NCBI GenBank assembly: GCA_049325335.1
Contig: JBMOMC010000006.1
Coordinates: 96,001 to 160,000, forward strand
Reading direction: 5' to 3'
DNA length: 64,000 nt
DNA from: Nitrospirota bacterium
Lineage (GTDB): Bacteria; Nitrospirota; Nitrospiria; 2-01-FULL-66-17
Shown here: one piece after another, positions 20,269 through 28,980 of the stretch
Numbering within the stretch: the stretch's first letter is position 1
Layout: each line of letters opens with the position of its first letter
The notes under the pieces: model-generated
The model's input: the letters and a program-made list of their open reading frames with translations, nothing else
What the model was told of the DNA's origin: nothing
Database searches by the model: none
Made by a program: the position numbers and the translations under genes

Positions 20269-23238
20269 ATGGTCTATGAAATCCACACCTATGGCGGCGG
20301 CGAGTTTCTCGTCACGATTCTGACCGCGATCAAGCTGCTCCTCGGTGGGAGTGCCTATCTCACGCTGATTAAGGCCATGGCCGTGCTCGGCCTGATCATC
20401 TTCATCGGCTGGATCGTGTTCTCGTTCCGGTTTCAGCTTTCTTGGTTGCTCTGGTTTGCGCTGGCGTATCTGGGGTTTTTTGTGCCCAAGGTGGACGTAT
20501 CCGTGATCGACCACCTCCGGCCGGCCGACACCCAGGTCGTCACGGGCGTCCCGGCCCTGCTCGGCTATGCGGGCCATTTGTCGTCGGCGCTCGGGGACGG
20601 CCTCACGCGGCTGATGGAGCAGGCGTTCTCGTTGCCGACGGATATCGAGTTCCGAACAACGGGCTATGCGACCTCGCTTCACGCGGTGCGGGCGGGCTTG
20701 CTGGAGCAGATCCCCGAGCCGTACGTGGCGGGCAGCGCGTCGCGCTACATCCGCGATTGCGTGCTGTACGATCTGCTCGACGGCACCAAGGCGGTCAACG
20801 CGGTGCTCGCCAGCCCGGATCTCCTGGCGGTCTTTGCGTCCGATCATCCGAGCCGCTTCACCGAGACGCACATCGCAGGAGATGGAACTGAGATCCAGGG
20901 CACGCCGGAGGTGGTGACGTGCGCGGAGGGGTACAGCCGGCTGACCGCGGGGCTGAACGCCATCTACACCGGCTGGTGGGGGCGGTTCGTCCAGGCCCTG
21001 GCCGGGGCCAGAGGCCTACAGCCGACCGCGGTCGACTCGGTCATCACGACGTCGTATCAGCACCTGATGAACGTGGCCGCGACGCCGCAGGCCATTCTTT
21101 TTCAGTCGGCCATGATCCACAGCTTCGACGAAGCGATCCAGCTTCAAGCAAAGCTGACCGGATCTGACGCGTATCTCATAGGCCTCACGCTGGCGCAGGC
21201 CCAGTACCAGCAGCGCTCCGCACTGTTCACCATGGGGCAACTCGCCCAACGGCTGCTGCCGGTGTTGCGCAGCGCGGTGGAGGGACTCCTCTACGGTCTC
21301 TTCCCGCTCTTGATGCTGCTCCTCTTCACCCCACTGGGCCCGATGGTGCTGAAGACGTACGGAATCGGGTTTCTGTGGCTGCAGTGCTGGGGGCCGCTCT
21401 TTGCGATCCTGAACCTGTTGACCGCGGTGCAGGCCGAGCGAATGCTGGCGGCGTATACGTCTGCGGGCATCACGCTGGCGTCGTATCGGACGCTCGAAGC
21501 GTTGACCGCCGACGGCTTGGCGATCGCCGGCGCCCTGTCCCTGACGGTGCCGGTCATCGCATGGGCGCTGGCGTCCGGCACGTTCGCGGGTTTGTCCCAG
21601 GCTGTAGGGACGGTGACGGGTTCGGCCCAATCCGCGGCCGGGAGCGCGGCGGCCTCGGCCGGGATGGGCAACCTCAGTGCCGGGAACGTGAGTCTCTCGA
21701 ACCTGTCGGCGAACAAATTCAGCCCGGCGGCGGAATCGACGACCGGCGTCGCATTTCGAGACTACGGGACCGCGGTCGATGGCGGGTACGCGCCAGCCCG
21801 CTACGGATACGTGACGCCATCAGGCGGGGCGACGCAACTCGCGGTGAGCAGCTTGGGAGGCGCGCTCAGCGTGCAGACGGGACGCCAGGCGAGCCAGGAA
21901 CTCCGGCAGGCGTACCAGGACACGTATCAGCGCGCGCAGGAGGCGTTTCACTCCGAGTCGGCGCAATTCCATGCCGGGCTGACGCAGCAGGCGGAGCGCC
22001 ACACCGCGGCGCAGAGCGAGCATAGCGTCGGACGCATGGCCGAGACGGGGCGGTCGGCGGAGGCGCAACGGACGGTGGCGGCGGTGGACCGGGCAGCCAA
22101 CCAATTATCGGAGAAGTTCGGCTTCTCAGCCGATCAGGCGCGAACCATTGCGGAGCGGGCGCTACTCGCGAAAACAGTGGACCTAAAGGGCGGCGCAAAC
22201 CTATCGAGTTCGCTCGGTTTGGGAGGCCGAGGGATGGGATTCAATGCGGGATTGTCGGTCTCCGCCACCGGCGTCAAGAACCAGCATGAAGATGTCGGTG
22301 TCACCGCTAAAGAGCAGCAGGCCTTCGAGCATGCGTACTCAGCGGTCACGGACCAAGAAGCGCGGGACGCGTATGCGGTAAACGAACAGGCGAGGACGAG
22401 CGCCCAGGGCCGACACGGCCATACGGCGACAACGGGGAGCCGATCCGGTATCAGCGCGAGCTCGGGGCAGGAGAGCCAGAGAAGCCAGGGGCTGCGCGAT
22501 CTGATCTCCCAGCTCGCATCACTCTCCATTCAAATGAGAGAAAGCGAAGGCAGGTCCGTGGCGCTCAATCAGGACCAGACCGCTGCGCTGGTCCGCCACA
22601 TCAGCCGCGAGACAGGTAAGAGCGAGTCCTACGTCGCGACGAAGATCGGGGACGCGATGATCTCCAATTCGGCTGATCGGACCGCGATCGGTGATCGCAG
22701 TGTCGCGCAGTGGGCTCAGAGTTGGTATGACGAAAGCCGTCCGACGGAACAACTATCCGGGCGAAGCGGCTTCCAGAAGGAGATTGGCGGAAGGCTCGAT
22801 ACCGATCGAAGCGCGGTTCGCGATACGGCGGGTCGAACGGAAGGCGCGGTCGGTCACGAGCAAGACCGCATTAAGAATGGGGTAGCCTCAGAAGGTATAT
22901 CGACGAGACGACAGGCGCAGGAAATCCAGACACAGGCAGATCATCAGGCAGCCAGCACTACGGCGCGTGTGGATGCGGGCGAAACGAACGCGGAACAGGC
23001 TCGCGCTTCGGTAGGGCAGCATGGTGGGCAACTGGTGGGACGCGTCCAGGGATTTCAGCGCGGCGCAGCCAGCCTGGCAGAGACCACTGCGGAGGGAATC
23101 AAAGACCTCAATCCGTTTCGAGACGAAGACCGCACGCGGGTTTCGGCCAGCCGGGAACGTCTATTCGAAGAGACCGCTCCGCACCCAAACTTCTATCCAG
23201 AATCGCGGTTGAAAGCGCTGGAGCAGGCCGGACGCTAA
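20269..23238 (+). CDS. traG: Conjugal transfer protein TraG (F-type, TraG_N domain)
   Basis: YEIHTYGGGE, WLQCWGPLFAILN, TM segments, long polar C-terminal region. Confidence 0.93.
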   Translation: MVYEIHTYGGGEFLVTILTAIKLLLGGSAYLTLIKAMAVLGLIIFIGWIVFSFRFQLSWLLWFALAYLGFFVPKVDVSVIDHLRPADTQVVTGVPALLGYAGHLSSALGDGLTRLMEQAFSLPTDIEFRTTGYATSLHAVRAGLLEQIPEPYVAGSASRYIRDCVLYDLLDGTKAVNAVLASPDLLAVFASDHPSRFTETHIAGDGTEIQGTPEVVTCAEGYSRLTAGLNAIYTGWWGRFVQALAGARGLQPTAVDSVITTSYQHLMNVAATPQAILFQSAMIHSFDEAIQLQAKLTGSDAYLIGLTLAQAQYQQRSALFTMGQLAQRLLPVLRSAVEGLLYGLFPLLMLLLFTPLGPMVLKTYGIGFLWLQCWGPLFAILNLLTAVQAERMLAAYTSAGITLASYRTLEALTADGLAIAGALSLTVPVIAWALASGTFAGLSQAVGTVTGSAQSAAGSAAASAGMGNLSAGNVSLSNLSANKFSPAAESTTGVAFRDYGTAVDGGYAPARYGYVTPSGGATQLAVSSLGGALSVQTGRQASQELRQAYQDTYQRAQEAFHSESAQFHAGLTQQAERHTAAQSEHSVGRMAETGRSAEAQRTVAAVDRAANQLSEKFGFSADQARTIAERALLAKTVDLKGGANLSSSLGLGGRGMGFNAGLSVSATGVKNQHEDVGVTAKEQQAFEHAYSAVTDQEARDAYAVNEQARTSAQGRHGHTATTGSRSGISASSGQESQRSQGLRDLISQLASLSIQMRESEGRSVALNQDQTAALVRHISRETGKSESYVATKIGDAMISNSADRTAIGDRSVAQWAQSWYDESRPTEQLSGRSGFQKEIGGRLDTDRSAVRDTAGRTEGAVGHEQDRIKNGVASEGISTRRQAQEIQTQADHQAASTTARVDAGETNAEQARASVGQHGGQLVGRVQGFQRGAASLAETTAEGIKDLNPFRDEDRTRVSASRERLFEETAPHPNFYPESRLKALEQAGR

Positions 23239-23585
23239 TCGTTCTTTTCCGAATCGAGGAGTTCCTGACCGTAATTCCAGTAGGCCTTGGTTCCGGGGAT
23301 AGAAGGATTCCGCTCGCGCGCCTCGTCCCAGTCGACAAAGCGGGCCCACGCCTCCTGGGTTGGGCGCTCGCGTGCGAGCAGTCTGGCGATTGTCAGGATA
23401 AAGGAACCAGCTACGACTATCGCTGCGACCACCAACAGCCCGGCGAGAAAATCATAGTGGAACAGCCCACCGGCTACCAACCCTGCGACGATTAGCAGAC
23501 CGAACGTCGCAGCGAGCCTGCCCGCGCGGCGTCGAAGGGCCCGACGAGGGCGAGCGATTGAGGATGCGGTGGTCAGTTTGCCCAT
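23235..23585 (-). CDS. Small inner-membrane protein, putative entry-exclusion protein (Eex/TraS-like)
   Basis: Two TM helices; convergent on and overlapping the traG stop, the position of eex in SXT/R391. Confidence 0.55.
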   Translation of the reverse strand: MGKLTTASSIARPRRALRRRAGRLAATFGLLIVAGLVAGGLFHYDFLAGLLVVAAIVVAGSFILTIARLLARERPTQEAWARFVDWDEARERNPSIPGTKAYWNYGQELLDSEKND

Positions 23586-23662
23586 CGTTGTGCACCGCCG
23601 AATACCTTACGGTCGGTCGGACAAGGAAATCAACGCTAGGACCAACAGCCGGTTAAGGCGCA

Positions 23663-23938
23663 TCATCCAGCCCGTTGTTTCTGGGCTTCCATGTAAGCAC
23701 GCAGGAGCGCGTTGATTCGCGTTTGGTACCCGCGGCCTTGTCGTTTGAACCAGTTGAGGACGTCGCGATCCAACCGAATTGTCACGGACTCCTTCGGCTC
23801 CGGCATGCGCAACACGGCTTTTCGGAAAAACTCGTCGCCCAACTCAGGGATTTCCGAGTAATCGATCTCGGAGTCCTTCGTCGCGTCAACGCGCGCCCAG
23901 TCGGTCTTGGAGGGCTTTTTTGAACTTGGCTTGCTCAC
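23663..23938 (-). CDS. brnA: BrnA antitoxin
   Basis: TDWARV, IDYSEIPEL, VTIRLDRDVLNWFK..G.GYQTRINALLR. Confidence 0.93.
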   Translation of the reverse strand: MSKPSSKKPSKTDWARVDATKDSEIDYSEIPELGDEFFRKAVLRMPEPKESVTIRLDRDVLNWFKRQGRGYQTRINALLRAYMEAQKQRAG

Positions 23939-24179
23939 GAGTGTTCGCCTTTCGCAGCGAAATGATGCGAATTGTCTCCGGATTTCGTTCCGTAAACACT
24001 ACCACCATGAGCCGGCCGCGGACCAGACCCATTCCGATCTGCCGCGATTCGTCATAATCTCTCCGAGTGTCCGGCGCCACGAGCATCGGGCCGTCGAACA
24101 TCTCGGCCGCATCCGCGAAGTCGAGGCCGCGCTCGCGGATGTTACGCTCGTTCTTTCGGTGGTCCCACTCAAATTTCAT
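23886..24179 (-). CDS. brnT: BrnT ribonuclease toxin
   Basis: MKFEWD..KN..N...RGLDF, R.DY.E.R, IRIISLRKAN.RE. Confidence 0.93.
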   Translation of the reverse strand: MKFEWDHRKNERNIRERGLDFADAAEMFDGPMLVAPDTRRDYDESRQIGMGLVRGRLMVVVFTERNPETIRIISLRKANTREQAKFKKALQDRLGAR

Positions 24180-24303
24180 AATAGATTGTGTACATACGCT
24201 ATGTCAATACAGGTGCCACGACCCTGAGCAGTATAGGGAGGCCGTGAGCCACTGGTCAATTCTCTTGGCTGCAGGACCATGTTCAGATCGAGAATACGCG
24301 CAC

Positions 24304-24546
24304 TCAAGCTCGTCGCTTTGGAAGCGACCCCAATAGTTTTGAAGCGAGCCGGCCAGCATCGGGACGAGTCGGCGCGCGGTCGGCTCTGTCGCCCGGCACG
24401 CCGCCCTGAATGTGGCGCGACAGAATGTCTTTGACTCGCTGCGAGCGCTGAAAGCGCGGGATCTTCGCCAGCCACGAGATGATCGCCTGGTCCCGCTGAT
24501 CCTTTGGGTTCAGGTACATCTGGAAGAAGACGCCGCGCCTAGCCAT
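24304..24546 (-). CDS. Putative ParR-like (RHH) centromere-binding adaptor
   Basis: Small basic ORF translationally coupled to parM; beta-helix-helix pattern FQMYLNP..DQAIISWL...RSQRVKDIL. Confidence 0.65.
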   Translation of the reverse strand: MARRGVFFQMYLNPKDQRDQAIISWLAKIPRFQRSQRVKDILSRHIQGGVPGDRADRAPTRPDAGRLASKLLGSLPKRRA

Positions 24547-25543
24547 GGTAGAACCACGCCGCTTTGTGGTAGCCGCGCACGTTCGCGAGTTGCGGGTCGC
24601 CAATAAACACCATCTGGGGAAACGCCTTCAGCAGGAGGGGTTTCAGCAAGAGGCTACCGCCGCCGCTGCTGATCAGGTAGTCGATCGGCTGGCTGCTCCA
24701 GCGTCCCTGAATCCACGCAACGATCTCCCCCGCGAGCCCGGTCAGTTCAGCATCGATTAACGCCGCATCGAACTCGAGTCGGTTGCCCAACACATTGATC
24801 GCGCCGTCCCGCAGGGCCGTTTCGATCCCGGGCGCGTCCCAGTTGCCCGGGTACCGGCTGGTGAACTTCGGGATCGCGGCCTGGTAGACCGCGCTCATAG
24901 CAGCTTTGAGGCTACCTGAGCCCTTCTGCACGAACTCGCCCTGGTGCATTAGCACGAAGTCCGTGGTCTTGAAGCCAATATCGACAATCCCCACCCGCGC
25001 CTTGGCGTACCGCTCGTCCACGTTCCCCAAGGTGTCTTTGAAGATTAGGTCCATCAGCGCTCCGTAGGGCTGGGGGACGACCGTCAGATGCCGAACGAAT
25101 AGATCTAATGTTCTGCCGCCCACGGTGATGTGGAAGCGCCCCGAGAGCGTGTCCTCGATCACCGCGCGGTCGTCGAAATCGTCGACCGGCAGGCCGGTCA
25201 CCACCGCGTACTCCTCAGATGACGATTCCGCGAGCAGGGCGAGCGCGGTCAGGAATAGCACGCGATATTCTTGGCTCTGCGTTCGGACCCGATCGAGCGT
25301 CGCCCTGGCAAACTGGCCTTGGCGTCGGGCCAGCGTGCCCACGAAGTAGGAGGCGCCGTCGAGTATGACCGCCAGGTGATCGAGGCTGCCTGTCTGACCG
25401 TCTAGGCCTGACCGGAACGCCAGATCAACGGCGGGGCTGACGATCGACGGGAACAACACCGCATTTGCAGCATTTCCCTGACCTGACAGCACCGGCATCG
25501 CTTTGGTGTAGCCGAAGCCCACATCGAGTCCCACGTACCGCAT
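24539..25543 (-). CDS. parM: ParM/StbA actin-like partition ATPase
   Basis: GLDVGFGYTK, VTGLP, VPQPYG, IVDIGFKTTD, SGGG, ANVRGY; ATG 25543 preceded by GGAGG. Confidence 0.9.
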   Translation of the reverse strand: MRYVGLDVGFGYTKAMPVLSGQGNAANAVLFPSIVSPAVDLAFRSGLDGQTGSLDHLAVILDGASYFVGTLARRQGQFARATLDRVRTQSQEYRVLFLTALALLAESSSEEYAVVTGLPVDDFDDRAVIEDTLSGRFHITVGGRTLDLFVRHLTVVPQPYGALMDLIFKDTLGNVDERYAKARVGIVDIGFKTTDFVLMHQGEFVQKGSGSLKAAMSAVYQAAIPKFTSRYPGNWDAPGIETALRDGAINVLGNRLEFDAALIDAELTGLAGEIVAWIQGRWSSQPIDYLISSGGGSLLLKPLLLKAFPQMVFIGDPQLANVRGYHKAAWFYHG

Positions 25544-25557
25544 CGTCGCCTCCGCCG

Positions 25558-25637
25558 CCACGTTCATGAACATGTTCATGAACAAATCACCCGAATTGTC
25601 CCTTTCCCGCCCCACGTTCATGAACATGTTCATGAAC
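25558..25637. repeat. Two 26-bp direct repeats, each containing the perfect 22-bp palindrome GTTCATGAACATGTTCATGAAC; candidate parC centromere
   Basis: Copies at 25558-25583 and 25612-25637, immediately upstream of parM. Confidence 0.85.
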
Positions 25638-26168
25638 CTGCCACGGACAGCTCGCGATCGAGGCTCCCGCGAGTTCGATCATGCGCTCGATGGCCGCATT
25701 GGGGATCGAGTGAAAGCGCGCGTAGTACTCCACGACCACCGGTTCTCCCTGTCTGAGCCGGCTGCGAACTTCCAAGTAACTGAAATACAGGGACTGGTAC
25801 TCGCGCCCGTTCTCTTCTGCCAGCGCCCGTAGCTCTTCCAACCGCAGGCGCTCGTGGTGGGCGAACCAGGATCGCCAGGCCTTCCACGAGGCCGATGTCA
25901 CGCGCGCCGCGGTGCGCAGCTTCAGATTGAAGCGATGCGCCACCCTGGTCTTGCCGAAGAGCGTCGAGAAGGTCTTTCGTGACGAGGGCTCAATGGCGAA
26001 GGTGACGCCTCGCCGCTCGTAGTCCGCCTCGATTTCCGCGAGCAGACGCGGGACGTGCTGGCTGACCAGCGTGTGCCCGGCTTGTTGCGGGAAGTAGACA
26101 CGCTTCCCGGCCAGGCCGTATCGGTCGGCCAGCGCACGCAGATCCTCCGGGAGCTTCGATTTCCTCAT
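25587..26168 (-). CDS. Hypothetical protein, first gene of the par operon
   Basis: ATG 26168 with GGAG RBS (MRKSKLPEDL...); no family recognised. Confidence 0.6.
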   Translation of the reverse strand: MRKSKLPEDLRALADRYGLAGKRVYFPQQAGHTLVSQHVPRLLAEIEADYERRGVTFAIEPSSRKTFSTLFGKTRVAHRFNLKLRTAARVTSASWKAWRSWFAHHERLRLEELRALAEENGREYQSLYFSYLEVRSRLRQGEPVVVEYYARFHSIPNAAIERMIELAGASIASCPWQVHEHVHERGAGKGQFG

Positions 26169-26668
26169 CCTTGTCGCTCCCGGCGGTGCCACGTTGCCGG
26201 CTGCTTCCGTCCTTGAACTATAAGTGCCCACGCCCTCATCCCAGGTCCCTTGTCTGGTGCCGGTTTCCGGCTGGTCGTGGATGGTGTGGCATCGCTCTGT
26301 TCCTCCCCGCACGAAGGCTTCGTTCGGCCTGTCGCCACTGTAGCGGGACGCCGGCACCTGGTATCGCGCCGTTGTCGCCACATCCGTCGTCCATCTGGCC
26401 CGATCTGCCGCATCGCACATAGCCCGCAGTGGGCTACCGTGAGCGCGTGGGAAAACCCAAACCCCGAAAAATGAATTGGCCCCTGCGGGGTGGAGCGAGC
26501 CCCAGGCCCCTCCATCCCTCCCCGGAAGGGGAAGCGATCCCGCAGGCCTCGGCTGTCGTGGGACGTGACTCCCGGCCGTCGCCCTGCTCCCGGAAAAACG
26601 ATTCGGCTTCCGTCGGGACGGAGGGGTGGCGACGTCCCGCGACCAGGGACACGAAAGGAGGTGGAGCC

Positions 26669-26974
26669 ATGGCGACCGTGATCTATGAGCGCGCGTTCGA
26701 GGTGGAGGGAGCAGAGGCCCGGGCCGTGATCGTGGACCATTCGCAGCCGGACCGGCTGGAGCTGCACTTTGGGATCACCGAGCGATCCTGCTCGGGGAGT
26801 CCCGAGGTGGTGACCTACCGGAACCAGGTGCAGCAGGCCTGTGCCGATGTCTCGCGGAGCGTGCGGCGGGCCCTCTGGCAGGACCTGTTTCAGGAGGCGA
26901 AGGCTGAACTGGACCGCGAAGTCCGCATCGCGACCGATCCGCACCACGAACTGGCGGAGATAGAGCGGTACTGA
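26669..26974 (+). CDS. Hypothetical protein
   Basis: Strong RBS AAAGGAGG; MATVIYERAFEVEG... Confidence 0.7.
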   Translation: MATVIYERAFEVEGAEARAVIVDHSQPDRLELHFGITERSCSGSPEVVTYRNQVQQACADVSRSVRRALWQDLFQEAKAELDREVRIATDPHHELAEIERY

Positions 26975-27047
26975 GGGACGAAAAAGGAGTGGAGATGAGC
27001 GTGACCAAGGGCACGGTGCCCTTGGATCCCCTCAGAGGAGGACGCGA

Positions 27048-27317
27048 ATGGACGTAGTGGCTGGGTTGCTGGCGATGGATCGGTGCTTGAGGGCGGTGAC
27101 GTTCCAGCGTGGAGATCGCGTCCACGACGGACAGGCTCGTACTGGAACCGTGCTGGCTGGGCGGCTGGGGATCGATGGCGAGCTGGTGGAGAACGAGTTC
27201 CAGGTCCGCTGGGATGATGGCGACATCAGTTGGGTTGCAGAGAGGAGGCTATCGTGGAGGATCGAGGGTTACGAGACCGAACCGTGTGCGTCAGCGATGA
27301 TCTCGTCGATCGGTTAG
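27048..27317 (+). CDS. Hypothetical protein, possible SH3/KOW-like beta fold
   Basis: RBS AGGAGG; FQRGDRV..GTV...QVRWDDG pattern. Confidence 0.55.
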   Translation: MDVVAGLLAMDRCLRAVTFQRGDRVHDGQARTGTVLAGRLGIDGELVENEFQVRWDDGDISWVAERRLSWRIEGYETEPCASAMISSIG

Positions 27318-27517
27318 GCGATCTCTACCAGAAGTACCGGTTCGAGATGACGTTCGTGGAATTTCTGGAGATGGTCGTTGCCCGCATGGAAGCACGGTAT
27401 GGGCCATCCCGGGCCCGCGGCGGAGCGCGGCCGTGCGTGGTGCGCGCCGGCATGTCCGACCCCGCAGCCCCAGAAAGACGAACGCCAGATGCTGTGGAGA
27501 AGGCGTCCGCCTTCTGA
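27254..27517 (+). CDS. Hypothetical protein
   Basis: RBS GAGGAGG before GTG 27254; overlaps the previous ORF. Confidence 0.45.
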   Translation: MEDRGLRDRTVCVSDDLVDRLGDLYQKYRFEMTFVEFLEMVVARMEARYGPSRARGGARPCVVRAGMSDPAAPERRTPDAVEKASAF

Positions 27518-27542
27518 TTCCCACCAGCAGGAGGAGCACGAG

Positions 27543-27896
27543 GTGATTCGCACGCGTTCGATCCATCGGGCGCGACCCGGCAGCCTGGCGACGTACCGAT
27601 GGGGCTCGCTGCGAACGTTCGAGAATGGGCGGGTATTTGCGCCGTCCGAGGGGCTGCTCGCGGCGTACAAGGCGGGGAGGCTGTCGTGGGAAGCCTACGA
27701 GCGGCAGTACCTCGCGGAGATGGACTCGCTTTACCGACGCTCGGCGGATCTCTTCCTGGCGCTGCTTCGACGCCCCGAGGTCACCCTGGTCTGTTACGAG
27801 GCCACTCCCGCCCGATGCCATCGCCGGTTGCTGGCCGACCTGCTGGCTCGCATCGGGGGCGAACACGGCATCCAGGTCGCGCTGGATGTTCAGTAG
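27543..27896 (+). CDS. DUF488 family protein
   Basis: FAPS..LL, W..Y...YL.EM, TLVCYE....CHRRLLA. Confidence 0.8.
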   Translation: MIRTRSIHRARPGSLATYRWGSLRTFENGRVFAPSEGLLAAYKAGRLSWEAYERQYLAEMDSLYRRSADLFLALLRRPEVTLVCYEATPARCHRRLLADLLARIGGEHGIQVALDVQ

Positions 27897-27929
27897 GTCG
27901 AACACTTACCAATCATAGGAGGATCTGTC

Positions 27930-28328
27930 ATGGACTACTGTCGAATCACGATGCTGGGCCGGTTGACCCAGGACCCGGAGGTGCGAGCCACGCCAGGGGG
28001 GATGGCCGTGGCTGGCTTCTCCGTCGCCATCAATCGCAAGTACCGCAAAGCCGAGACCGAGGAGATGGTCGAGGCCGTTACCTTTGTGGCGGTCCGGGCC
28101 TTCGGCAAGCACGCCGAGCACGCAGGCCAGTACCTGCACAAGGGACGGCAGGTGCTGATCGACGGCGAACTGCGGCAGGACGAGTGGATGGATAAGGAGA
28201 GCGGAGAGAAACGCCAGCGGTTGTACGTGGTGGCGCAGCGAATCATCTATCTGGGGAAGTCCAACGGCAATGGCCAGACCGCCACCCCTGAAAGTCCCGA
28301 TCCGGGCGAGGCTGATATCCCGTTCTAA
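27930..28328 (+). CDS. ssb: Single-stranded DNA-binding protein
   Basis: LGRLTQDPEVR, YLHKGRQV.I.G.L, acidic tail DIPF. Confidence 0.95.
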   Translation: MDYCRITMLGRLTQDPEVRATPGGMAVAGFSVAINRKYRKAETEEMVEAVTFVAVRAFGKHAEHAGQYLHKGRQVLIDGELRQDEWMDKESGEKRQRLYVVAQRIIYLGKSNGNGQTATPESPDPGEADIPF

Positions 28329-28358
28329 ACCTCGAACGATCCTTTGGTGTTCCTGTTG

Positions 28359-28387
28359 TTGATCCCATCCTTGGCGCATGGTATAAC
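28359..28387 (+). promoter_or_regulatory. sigma70 promoter of the small basic gene
   Basis: TTGATC, N17, TATAAC with extended TG. Confidence 0.6.
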
Positions 28388-28455
28388 CGCTTGCTCTTCA
28401 CCCTGAAGTGAGCCAACCAAGCCGAGGAGTCGGTCAGCGATAGGAGGATGTCCCC

Positions 28456-28764
28456 ATGCCGAAGCTGTCAGCAGCAGCCAGAAAGAAGATCTCAGAGTCG
28501 ATGCGCAAAGCCTGGGCCGCGCGGCGTGCCAAGCAGGCTGGAGGTGGTTTGGTGACTCGGACATCTTCAATGGCGAAGTCAGCGGCGTCAAGTACCCATG
28601 CAGGTCAAGCGATTGCTGGAGCCGTTTCGGCGATCAAGAGGCTGACACTGGGAGACATTCAGGGGTTAGCCCACCGCAGAGGGTCTGTCGACCAGGTCGC
28701 AGAGTTAGTGAGCCTGGCAACCGAGCTGAAGGGGCTCCTCACGCCCACCGCGAAGACGCGCTGA
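28456..28764 (+). CDS. Small basic, putative DNA-binding protein
   Basis: RBS AGGAGG; N-terminal SAAARKKISESMRKAWAARR helix. Confidence 0.65.
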   Translation: MPKLSAAARKKISESMRKAWAARRAKQAGGGLVTRTSSMAKSAASSTHAGQAIAGAVSAIKRLTLGDIQGLAHRRGSVDQVAELVSLATELKGLLTPTAKTR

Positions 28765-28980
28765 TCCTCTCAATGATCGAGTAACGATCACGCTCGATTC
28801 CTGATACTCGGCCTATCTTCCTGGAACCTGGAAGATGGGCCGTATTGTTTCTCCGTGCTGTAGCGACCCGCCGCACCGCAATCGGTTCTCGGTAGTTCAA
28901 CCCGAAAGACGACTTCCAAGTTTGTACGGCAGGGGCACCGGCCCCTGGACCCCACCCCCAGTGACCAGGAGGTTCACGCC

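Noticed and set aside
25544..25633. N-terminal MNMFMNV extension of ParM
   Set aside because: It is the translation of the palindromic repeats; the real start is ATG 25543 with a GGAGG RBS.
25558..25637. Two 26-bp repeats with a 28-bp spacer as a mini-CRISPR
   Set aside because: Only two units, fully palindromic, located at the parM start; a centromere/operator fits better.
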